Below, one piece after another: positions 1 through 7,321 of a DNA stretch of 32,000 nucleotides; the first letter of the stretch is position 1, and the number at the start of each line of letters is the position of its first letter. Position numbers and translations under genes: made by a program. Origin of the DNA: Mucisphaera calidilacus (lineage in GTDB: Bacteria > Planctomycetota > Phycisphaerae > Phycisphaerales > Phycisphaeraceae); NCBI RefSeq assembly GCF_007748075.1, contig NZ_CP036280.1, forward strand, positions 60,001 to 92,000, in the 5' to 3' direction. Under the pieces are notes generated by a model. That model had not been told where the DNA came from and ran no database searches. It was given only the letters and a program-made list of their open reading frames with translations.

Positions 1-476
1 GACGCCTCCCCGAGCGACGCGGCCACCGACTCCAGCAGACGCTCCGCCGTACCCCCATCAATCGCCGACTTCACCTCCGTGTCCAGCCGGAACATCTTCT
101 GCGGGTGCCGGTGCTGCGCCAGGCCGACCAGGCTGTGCTTCACCGTCGTTGGACGCTCCACGCTACGCGTCAACCCCGAACCATCCACGCCCGCCGCCGC
201 CAACGCCGACACCAACGCGCCCCCCGCCTCGTCCTCGCCGATCACCCCCAACGCCCGCACATCACAACGCATCGCCGCCAGCTGGCGACACACGTTCGAC
301 GCACCACCCGGCCGAACCTCCTCACGCTCCACCGCCAGCACCGGCACCGGCGCGTCAGGCGACAACCGCTCCGCGTTCCCGTACGTGTAACGGTCCAGCA
401 TGAAGTCGCCCACCACAACCACACGCACCGACCGCCAGCGGTCCAGACGGTCCAGCAGATCCGCGTCCTGTTTCAT
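1..476 (-). CDS. hldA: D-glycero-beta-D-manno-heptose-7-phosphate kinase (RfaE domain I / HldA-type PfkB sugar kinase); N-terminal 158 codons only, 3' end lies outside the window
   Basis: Absent from the ORF track because it runs off the window. Hand translation of the reverse complement from the ATG at 476 gives MKQDADLLDRLDRWRSVRVVVVGDFMLDRYTYGNAERLSPDAPVPVLAVEREEVRPGGASNVCRQLAAMRCDVRALGVIGEDEAG... This matches the remembered N-terminal signature of RfaE/HldE kinase domains (V-V-GD-MLD-Y, R-SPEAPVPV, RPGGA-NV). Its ATG overlaps the lpxK stop (ATGA). The fragment cannot show whether the protein is monofunctional or bifunctional HldE. Confidence 0.7.
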   Translation of the reverse strand, partial: MKQDADLLDRLDRWRSVRVVVVGDFMLDRYTYGNAERLSPDAPVPVLAVEREEVRPGGASNVCRQLAAMRCDVRALGVIGEDEAGGALVSALAAAGVDGSGLTRSVERPTTVKHSLVGLAQHRHPQKMFRLDTEVKSAIDGGTAERLLESVAASLGEA

Positions 477-1546
477 GACAACACCCTACCAATCAGCGAC
501 TCGATCACCTCGCCGCCACGCACCATCCGCGTCGCCAGCACCGGCCGGACCACCGGCAGACCCAGACCCTCAGCACGCTCGCCCAGCTTCACCCAGTCCT
601 TCTCCGTCGTCAGAACCACCTCCGCGCCGCACGCCCGCGCCTCCGCCGCCATCCGCCCCACATCGCCCGCCCCGTACACGTGGTGATCGTCAAACACCGC
701 CTCACCCACCACCTCGCTCGCCTCGTGCGCCATCGCCAGAAACGGCCACGGATTCCCGATACCCGCCGCCGCATACACCCGCCGACCCTCCAGCCACGAC
801 ACCGCCCGCTCACCCTCACCCGTCATCAGCCCCGTCCACACCGACTCCGCCCGCGCCACCGGGATGTCACCCGCCACCTCCGCCACACGACGCTCGATCG
901 CCACCAGCTCCGGCTCCTTCACACGCCCGCCGCGCGTGATGATCACGCCGTCCGCACGCCGCAAACCCGCCACCGGCTCACGCAGCAGGCCCCGCGGCAA
1001 AAGATGCCCGAACCCAAACGGGTTCGTCGCGTCAATCAGCACCAGGTCCACGTCACGCCTGACCTGCCGCCGCTGAAACCCGTCGTCCAACAAAAACACG
1101 TCCACCTCCGGCCGACGACGCAGCACCCACGCCGCCGATCGCTCGCGGTCCGGGTCCGCCGCCACCGGCACCCCGGGCAACGCCGCGAGATACTCACGCG
1201 CCTCGTCCGAGTCCATCCGACGCGGGCCCCCGTCCAGCCCCGCGTCCTTCTCGCCCCGATACCCCCGCAGCAGCACCGCAGGTCGATGACCCGCCGCAAC
1301 CAGCCAACGCGCCAGCGCCACCACCATAGGCGTCTTGCCCGTCCCGCCCGTCGTGAGATTCCCCACCGACACCACCGGCCGACCCAGATCCGCCACCGAC
1401 CGACGCCCGCCGTCAAACGCCGCGTTCCGACGCCGAACCACCTCACGGTACACCGGCTCCACCACGCCCAGACCCAGACGCATCAGACGCGCGACCGGGT
1501 GATGCGAAGCCCCCGACATCACACGCTCGATCCTTCGGTGCATCAT
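473..1546 (-). CDS. lpxK: tetraacyldisaccharide 4'-kinase (lipid A biosynthesis)
   Basis: VSVGNLTTGGTGKTPMVVALARWL is the LpxK P-loop motif (GN-x-GG-GKTP), followed by LLRGY(R)G. I chose the ATG at 1546 as start because it forms an ATGA overlap with the maf stop. The longest ORF in the track extends to 1573. Confidence 0.85.
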   Translation of the reverse strand: MMHRRIERVMSGASHHPVARLMRLGLGVVEPVYREVVRRRNAAFDGGRRSVADLGRPVVSVGNLTTGGTGKTPMVVALARWLVAAGHRPAVLLRGYRGEKDAGLDGGPRRMDSDEAREYLAALPGVPVAADPDRERSAAWVLRRRPEVDVFLLDDGFQRRQVRRDVDLVLIDATNPFGFGHLLPRGLLREPVAGLRRADGVIITRGGRVKEPELVAIERRVAEVAGDIPVARAESVWTGLMTGEGERAVSWLEGRRVYAAAGIGNPWPFLAMAHEASEVVGEAVFDDHHVYGAGDVGRMAAEARACGAEVVLTTEKDWVKLGERAEGLGLPVVRPVLATRMVRGGEVIESLIGRVLS

Positions 1547-2154
1547 CCGCAACGCTCCCCGACCAGGCCGCACGCCGCCAGCACAGGCAGCAGCCGACGC
1601 ATCGGCAGACCCACCACCGTCCCCGGATCACCCTCCACCTCGATCGCCCAGCCCGCTGCCTGACGGTCAAACAGGTTGTAACCGCCCGCCTTGTCCGACC
1701 ACTGCCCGGAATCCAGATACGCCTCGATCTCACCCTCCGAAACCGCACCCCAGCGAACCATCGACACGTCCGTGAACCCCGCACGCACCCCGCCCCCGGG
1801 CTCCAGCAACGCCACCCCCGTCATCACCCGATGCTCCGCGCCCACAAACCCCCGGAGCATCGCTCCCGCTCGCTCACGCGACACAGGCGTCCCCAGCACC
1901 TCGCCCCCACAACCCACACACAAGGTGTCCGAGGCCAGAATCCAATGATCTGACCCGTGTTCATTCATCGATTCGGCCTTCGCCATCGCCAGCCGCGCCG
2001 CCAACCCCTCCGCCGACTCACCCCCCACCCGCTCCGGCTCCGGCGGATCGTCAAACCCGGGCGACAGCTGATCAAACACAACCCCCGCCTCACGCAGCAG
2101 CTGCGCCCGCCGAGGCGAACGACTCGCCAATATCAATCCGCCTTGTCGGGTCAC
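1543..2154 (-). CDS. maf: Maf-like nucleoside triphosphate pyrophosphatase / septum formation protein
   Basis: Contains LILASRSPRRAQLLREAGVVF near the N-terminus and DKAGGYNLF near the C-terminus, typical of the Maf family. The start is uncertain. The track ORF begins with TTG at 2211; the GTG at 2154 sits just before the conserved LILASxSPRR block. Confidence 0.8.
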   Translation of the reverse strand: MTRQGGLILASRSPRRAQLLREAGVVFDQLSPGFDDPPEPERVGGESAEGLAARLAMAKAESMNEHGSDHWILASDTLCVGCGGEVLGTPVSRERAGAMLRGFVGAEHRVMTGVALLEPGGGVRAGFTDVSMVRWGAVSEGEIEAYLDSGQWSDKAGGYNLFDRQAAGWAIEVEGDPGTVVGLPMRRLLPVLAACGLVGERCG

Positions 2155-2270
2155 GTCACACACGCAACCAGTGTACGTCACGCCAACGGCCGGTAAGAAC
2201 AGTCCCCACAACCCTTAATCACGCCCGATATTCAAGACCGCGACAAAACCGTCCCGATAACCCTGAACGG

Positions 2271-2297
2271 TGGTCGAGCCGCGGCACGTCTCGACCA
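2271..2297. repeat. inverted repeat TGGTCGAG-N11-CTCGACCA in the divergent maf / parA-like intergenic region
   Basis: Read directly from the sequence: 8-bp perfect arms (2271-2278 and 2290-2297), 62 nt upstream of the GTG start at 2359. Its function (operator or 5' UTR hairpin) is unknown. Confidence 0.4.
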
Positions 2298-2358
2298 ACC
2301 AGCTGTCGCGCCACGATGCTCCGGCCGGGCATCGGGCAACACAGCAGAGGGACTAGAC

Positions 2359-3660
2359 GTGAGGACCATCGCGGTCATCAACCAGAAGGGCGGCTGTGGC
2401 AAGACCACAGTCTCAATCAACATCGCCGCCGTCCTCGCCGCCAAGGGACACCGGACCCTCCTCGTCGACATGGACCCGCAGTCCCACTGCGCCCTCGGTC
2501 TCGCCGTCCCCGAAGAACAGATCGAACGCTCCGTCGCCGACGTCCTCGCCGCCGGACTCAACGGTTCCCTCGGCATCCCCGACGTCGTCTGGCAGGTCGC
2601 ACGCCACTTCGACCTCGCGCCCTCCACCATGGCACTCGCCGGCATCGAACAGAAACTCGCTCAGGCCACCGACAAGGACCGACGACTCGCGCACATCCTC
2701 GCCACCGTCGACGCCAAGTACGACTTCTGCATCATCGACTGCCCGCCCTCCATCGGGCTCCTCACCTTCAACGCACTCCGCGCCGCACGCGAGGTCGTCA
2801 TCCCCGTCGAGACCGGCTACTTCGCCATGCGCGGCGCCGTCAAGCAGCAACAGACCATCGAGATGCTCGCGCGACGCGTCGGGCACGTCGCACGCTTCAA
2901 GATCCTCCCCACCATGTACGACGTGCGGACCAAACTCGCCCGCGAAATCCTCTCCGAGCTCAAAAAACACTTCGGCGACAAGCTCCTGCCCGTCGTCGTC
3001 AACTTCAACGCCAAACTCAAAGAGGCCGCCTCCTTCGGCCAGCCCATCACCGAGTACGACGCCTCCTCACGCGGCATGTCCGACTTCGACCGGCTCGCCG
3101 ACTGGCTCCTCGAGAACGCCCCCGCTCAGCAGATCGCCGAGATGATGCCGGGCGAAGAACCCGCGCCCACCTCCAACCCCACACTCAGCCGCGCCGCCGA
3201 ACTCGTCGAACGCGCACGGGCCCTCACCTCACGCGCCGCCGCCATGCCCAACGGCGCTCCACCCACACCCGATCTCGCGACCGAGACCATCGCCGCCCAG
3301 CAGCCGAACAACCCCGTCGCCATCATCGACGAGCCCGCGCCGCCCGCCGACCCCACCCTCCAGGAAAAACTCGCGCGTATCTACGGCGTGCGAACCACCA
3401 GCCAGGGACTCCTCTTCGTCCAGCCGGCAAACGGCGCCGCGAAACTCGAAATCGCCGCCGACTTCAACAACTGGAACCCCGCACTCACGCCCATGAAACG
3501 CGACGACAACCTCGGCGTCTGGCAGGTCCAGGTGCCCCTCGCCCCGGGCGAATACAAGTACCGACTCGTCGCCGACGGACGCTGGTACAACGACCCCTAC
3601 AACCCCCGTGTCGAACACAACCCCTTCGGCGACCTCAACAACGTCGTCGCCGCAACCTAG
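2359..3660 (+). CDS. ParA/MinD-family P-loop ATPase fused to a C-terminal CBM48 / AMPK-beta glycogen-binding-like domain
   Basis: GTG start with AGAGGGA upstream. The ATPase core carries a deviant Walker A (KGGCGKTT, signature Lys present), an A' motif (LLVDMDPQ) and Walker B (FCIIDCPP). A Pro/Ala-rich linker of about 85 aa follows. The last ~93 aa (3379-3657) read LEIAADFNNWNP...GVWQVQVPLAPGEYKYRLVADGRWYNDPYNP...FGDLNNVV, which matches the AMPK1_CBM/CBM48 pattern. C-ending codon periodicity is strong throughout. Confidence 0.85.
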   Translation: MRTIAVINQKGGCGKTTVSINIAAVLAAKGHRTLLVDMDPQSHCALGLAVPEEQIERSVADVLAAGLNGSLGIPDVVWQVARHFDLAPSTMALAGIEQKLAQATDKDRRLAHILATVDAKYDFCIIDCPPSIGLLTFNALRAAREVVIPVETGYFAMRGAVKQQQTIEMLARRVGHVARFKILPTMYDVRTKLAREILSELKKHFGDKLLPVVVNFNAKLKEAASFGQPITEYDASSRGMSDFDRLADWLLENAPAQQIAEMMPGEEPAPTSNPTLSRAAELVERARALTSRAAAMPNGAPPTPDLATETIAAQQPNNPVAIIDEPAPPADPTLQEKLARIYGVRTTSQGLLFVQPANGAAKLEIAADFNNWNPALTPMKRDDNLGVWQVQVPLAPGEYKYRLVADGRWYNDPYNPRVEHNPFGDLNNVVAAT

Positions 3661-3669
3661 GCGGGAATC

Positions 3670-5187
3670 ATGGACGACGCCCGGACACGACAGGCCCTCG
3701 ACGAACTGGCCGAGGTCTTCCTGACCGGAACCAGCAACGACCAGACTGCACCCGAACCCACGCAAGCTAGCCCGACTCAGCCGCACCCCACCGAACTCAG
3801 ACTCTCCGGGACCGAACCCGACGACCAGCCCGTCAGCGACCGACCCCCCGTCGGACGCGAGGCCGTCATCCTCGGCAACCTCCCGGGACTCGGCGACGCA
3901 TGGCTCGGACAGTACGCCCAGCACCTCGCCGACGAACACGGGCCCGTCGCACTCCTCCACCTCGACCACGACGCCATCGACCTCGAGGTCATCGGCGAAC
4001 AGCAGACCAGCCGACCCCCGGGCAGGATCCCACCCGCCAACCGCGAACGCGACGACCTCACCCAGGCCCTCGACGAACTCGCCCTCGACGACAACAGCCC
4101 CGTCGCACGACTCCTCGTCCACGTCCAGCCCTACGCCGACGGCGAAATCCAGATCCAGGCCGTCGCTCGACTCGCCGCACTCGACCGCTGGACCCTCCTC
4201 TGCGGCGCCGACGACGCCGCCATCGTCGCCTGCTACCGCATGCTCAAACACCTGCTCGAGGCCACCGATCAGCCCGGACCACGACGCATCGGGCTCATGA
4301 TCCTTGGCAGCTCCGAGATCGAAGGCCTTGAAGCCGCCCGCAAAGTCCAGGCCGCCGCGCAGTCACACATGAACCGGCCCATCGACCTCGTCGGAAGCCT
4401 CGCACGCATGCGACCCGTCCACACACGACCCGTCGGGCGGTTCACGCCCGTCGACCGCATGTGGCTGCGACTCCGGGGCTGGCTCGACGACCTCGAACAC
4501 GACGAACTGCCCGAAACCACCAGCGACACAACCCGCGGAGACACCGCCATGACCCAGGCACAGCCCGCAGCCGACACCCCCACGACCACCAGCCAGCACG
4601 CCGACGACGACCTCGATCTCGACCTCAGCGCCGAACAGGCCGTCGCAGGACGAACCGCACGCTCACGCATCGGCGAACTCGCACAACCCATCGCCGAATC
4701 CGCCGCCACCAGCACAGCAGCCCCCGCCGCCGAAACCGCCGAACCCGATCCCATCGCGCTCATGATCGACAACCCCGACCTCGGGCTCCACGACGCCATC
4801 CGACTCGATGCCGTCTGCCCCCACCAGCCCGACGTCGCCATGCTCCTCGACGCCCACGGACGACTCCACCTCGTCCGCACTCACCGCCGAGCCCCGCGCT
4901 CCGCCGTCGCCGACAACACGCACACCGACCTCCCCGCACTCCACCAGGCCCTCCTCGACCTCGCCGACGCACGACGCTGGGCCAGGCAGCACCTCCAGCT
5001 CCTCCAGCTCACCCAGCGGCAGTGCCGCTTCGACCCCGACGCACGGCCCGTCATGCACCTCGCCACCGAACGCGCCGACCTCGGACTCGAACTCACCCAG
5101 CGCCTCGGCAACGCCCTCCGCCTCCATCTGCTCCAGCACGTCCGCCTCGGCGACGTCTCCGGCTGGCACCTCACACCCCTGAGCTGA
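3670..5187 (+). CDS. hypothetical acidic protein; the N-terminal half resembles a ParA/MinD-like fold with a degenerate P-loop (putative pseudo-ATPase partner)
   Basis: The ATG lies 9 nt after the parA-like stop, and C3 codon periodicity is strong over the whole frame. EAVILGNLPGLGDAWLGQYAQHLADEHGPVALLHLDHD aligns by eye to the ParA/MinD pattern i-av-s-KGGvGKTT-a-nLA-alA---g-kVLLvDlDpq, with both lysines lost. RLLVHVQP sits at the Walker B position, and WTLLCGADDAAIVACYRMLKHLLE...RRIGLMILGS sits at the position of the helix and sheet that follow Walker B. I do not recognise the C-terminal ~150 aa. Confidence 0.6.
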   Translation: MDDARTRQALDELAEVFLTGTSNDQTAPEPTQASPTQPHPTELRLSGTEPDDQPVSDRPPVGREAVILGNLPGLGDAWLGQYAQHLADEHGPVALLHLDHDAIDLEVIGEQQTSRPPGRIPPANRERDDLTQALDELALDDNSPVARLLVHVQPYADGEIQIQAVARLAALDRWTLLCGADDAAIVACYRMLKHLLEATDQPGPRRIGLMILGSSEIEGLEAARKVQAAAQSHMNRPIDLVGSLARMRPVHTRPVGRFTPVDRMWLRLRGWLDDLEHDELPETTSDTTRGDTAMTQAQPAADTPTTTSQHADDDLDLDLSAEQAVAGRTARSRIGELAQPIAESAATSTAAPAAETAEPDPIALMIDNPDLGLHDAIRLDAVCPHQPDVAMLLDAHGRLHLVRTHRRAPRSAVADNTHTDLPALHQALLDLADARRWARQHLQLLQLTQRQCRFDPDARPVMHLATERADLGLELTQRLGNALRLHLLQHVRLGDVSGWHLTPLS

Positions 5188-5315
5188 TCACCCCGACGCC
5201 ATCAACGCCGTGGCCTTGGTCAGCCCGTCTGGCCAGGGTTATCCTCCTCGTCGATCGACCCGATGCTCATGCCTGTACCGAGCACAGGTCAGACCGCCGA
5301 CACAACGGAAGCGCC

Positions 5316-6071
5316 ATGAAACCCATCCGCCGCCTCAAGCAGTTCATCAAGAACAACACGCCCACCTGGGTCTACTACCAGTCCAGGCGACTCTACCGCG
5401 CCCTCTCGCCCGAACTACGACGCGAAGACCAACGCGAACAGCAGTTCATGGCAACCCTCGTCAAGCCAGGCGACCTCGTCTTCGACATCGGCTGTCACCT
5501 CGGCCGAAAAGCACAGGCCTTCCGCGCCTGCGGCACCACCGTCGTCGGCATCGAACCCGAACCCCTCTGCCAACGCATGATCCGCTACGCCTTCCGCAAC
5601 GACCCCGACTTCACCCTCGTCCCCGCCGCCCTCGCCGACAAACCCGGAACCATGACCCTCCACGTCTCTACCAACCTCTCCATGACCAGCCTACGCAACG
5701 ACTGGGCCAGCACCGCACGAACCGTCGACGTCGACGTCACCACACTCGACCTCCTCATCGAACGCTTCGGCAGACCCGACTACTGCAAGATCGACGTCGA
5801 GGGATTCGAGACCACCGTCCTCTCCGGACTCACCCAGCCCGTCCCCCTCATCTCCTTCGAGTTCGCCCAACGCGAAACCCAACGCGCCATCGACTGCCTC
5901 GACATGCTCAGCCGACTCGCCGAGCTGCGCATCAACGTCACCCCCATGGACGAAACCGACTTCCACTTCCCCCAACACCTCACCCGCGACGACTTCGTCA
6001 ACTTCATCACCAACGACTGGAACCTCGGGTCGCGAGGCGATATCTACGTCTGGTCCACACCCGAAGCCTGA
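5316..6071 (+). CDS. FkbM-family SAM-dependent methyltransferase
   Basis: This is the internal ATG of track ORF 4461-6071; the upstream part of that ORF is Arg/Pro-rich junk overlapping the previous gene. VFDIGCHLG (SAM motif I) and CKIDVEGFETTVLSG are characteristic of the FkbM/Methyltransf_21 family. Confidence 0.75.
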   Translation: MKPIRRLKQFIKNNTPTWVYYQSRRLYRALSPELRREDQREQQFMATLVKPGDLVFDIGCHLGRKAQAFRACGTTVVGIEPEPLCQRMIRYAFRNDPDFTLVPAALADKPGTMTLHVSTNLSMTSLRNDWASTARTVDVDVTTLDLLIERFGRPDYCKIDVEGFETTVLSGLTQPVPLISFEFAQRETQRAIDCLDMLSRLAELRINVTPMDETDFHFPQHLTRDDFVNFITNDWNLGSRGDIYVWSTPEA

Positions 6072-6177
6072 CCACGAACCCCGCCTCATTTCACACTTTC
6101 CGGGCTATCCGTGCGAATTACCCGCAATCCGCTACCATACGCGCGCCCGAATCATCCGTAACCCAAGGCTCACCACC

Positions 6178-7218
6178 ATGACCATGACCGGCCGCGAACG
6201 TGTCCTCCGCACCCTTGAGTTCGACAGCCCCGACCGCGTCCCACGCGACCTCTGGCGGCTCCCCATCTGCGATCTCGTCCACGGCAAAGCCAACATCGAC
6301 GCCCTCCTCAACAAGTACCCCATCGATTTCGACGGACCCGACTTCACCAACCACAAACTCCAGGCCCTCACCCAAGGCGACCCCTACGCTGTCGGCCAGT
6401 ACACCGACGAGTGGGGCTGCGTCTTCGAGAACCTCAAAGCCGGGATCATCGGCGAAGTCAAGAACCCGCCCCTCACCGACTGGTCCCGACTCGAAGACCT
6501 TCGCCCGCCCGTCGAGTCCTACGACATCGACGTCGAAGCCATCAACGCCTCCTGCGCCGCCAAAGACAAGTTCCTCTGGGCCCACGCCTGCCCCCGACCC
6601 TTCGAACGCTGCCAGTTCCTCCGCGGCGCCGAAGAACTCTACATGGACCTCGCCGAACAACCCGACGAGCTGCTCCAGCTCCTCGACACCATCCACACCC
6701 ACGACTGCAAGGAACTCGACGCCTGGGCCAGAACCGACGTCGACTACCTCCGCTTCATCGACGACTGGGGCTCCCAGCATTCCCTGCTCATCAACCCCGA
6801 CACCTGGCGCAAGCTCTTCAAACCCATGTACGCCGAGTACGCCCGCATCGCCCACGACGCCGGCAAGAAGATCTTCATGCACTCCGACGGCCACATCTTC
6901 GACATCTACGAAGACCTCATCGAGATCGGCATCGACGCCATCAACTCCCAGCTCTTCTGCATGGACATCGAGGAGATCGGCAATCACTTCAAAGGCCGCA
7001 TCACCTTCTGGGGCGAGATCGACCGCCAGCACATCCTCCCCAACGGCACGCCCGACGACTGCCGCAACGCCGTCCAACGCGTCGCCGACGCCCTCTGGTC
7101 ACCCCAAGGCGGCGTCATCGCGCAGTTCGAAGCCGCCGAAGCACCCCTCGAAAACTACGACGCCGTCTACGACCAGTGGTCCCGGGTCGGTCAGGTCGCA
7201 AGCTCAAGACCCTCGTGA
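6178..7218 (+). CDS. uroporphyrinogen decarboxylase (URO-D) / MtaA-CmuA-like family protein, function unknown
   Basis: 346 aa. The overall pattern (N-terminal RERVLRTLEFDSPDRVP, central FIDDWGSQ...INP, HSDGHIFDIYEDLIEIGIDAINS) matches my recollection of URO-D-family TIM-barrel proteins. There are no heme or corrinoid genes nearby. Confidence 0.55.
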   Translation: MTMTGRERVLRTLEFDSPDRVPRDLWRLPICDLVHGKANIDALLNKYPIDFDGPDFTNHKLQALTQGDPYAVGQYTDEWGCVFENLKAGIIGEVKNPPLTDWSRLEDLRPPVESYDIDVEAINASCAAKDKFLWAHACPRPFERCQFLRGAEELYMDLAEQPDELLQLLDTIHTHDCKELDAWARTDVDYLRFIDDWGSQHSLLINPDTWRKLFKPMYAEYARIAHDAGKKIFMHSDGHIFDIYEDLIEIGIDAINSQLFCMDIEEIGNHFKGRITFWGEIDRQHILPNGTPDDCRNAVQRVADALWSPQGGVIAQFEAAEAPLENYDAVYDQWSRVGQVASSRPS

Positions 7219-7247
7219 CCACCACCCACAGAAACGATGTCCACCAC

Positions 7248-7274
7248 AAAAAAACCCCGTCATCACAGACGGGG
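7248..7274. terminator. bidirectional rho-independent terminator between the convergent URO-D-family gene and rplU
   Basis: A7 tract (7248-7254), stem CCCCGTC (7255-7261), loop ATCACA, stem GACGGGG (7268-7274), then a T-rich TTCGTGTTCGATTTCGTGTT. On the minus strand the hairpin is followed by U7. Confidence 0.8.
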
Positions 7275-7297
7275 TTCGTGTTCGATTTCGTGTTGTC

Positions 7298-7321
7298 GGG
7301 GCCGGGGGCCGGGGGCCGGGG
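7298..7321 (+). repeat. GGGGCC-type microsatellite / G-quadruplex motif G4-CC-G5-CC-G5-CC-G4
   Basis: Read directly: GGGGCCGGGGGCCGGGGGCCGGGG, with a further G5 run at 7332-7336 abutting the rplU stop codon (7337-7339). It lies in the rplU 3' UTR, where it is C-rich on the transcript. Confidence 0.7.

Noticed and set aside
2316-3770. Arg/Pro/Thr-rich plus-strand ORFs overlapping real genes in other frames: 2316-3770, 3900-4331, the 4461-5315 part of 4461-6071, 5210-6181, 6200-7849 and 6411-7373.
   Set aside because: Extreme Arg/Pro/His composition and no recognisable domains. They overlap frames that show strong C3 periodicity and conserved motifs.
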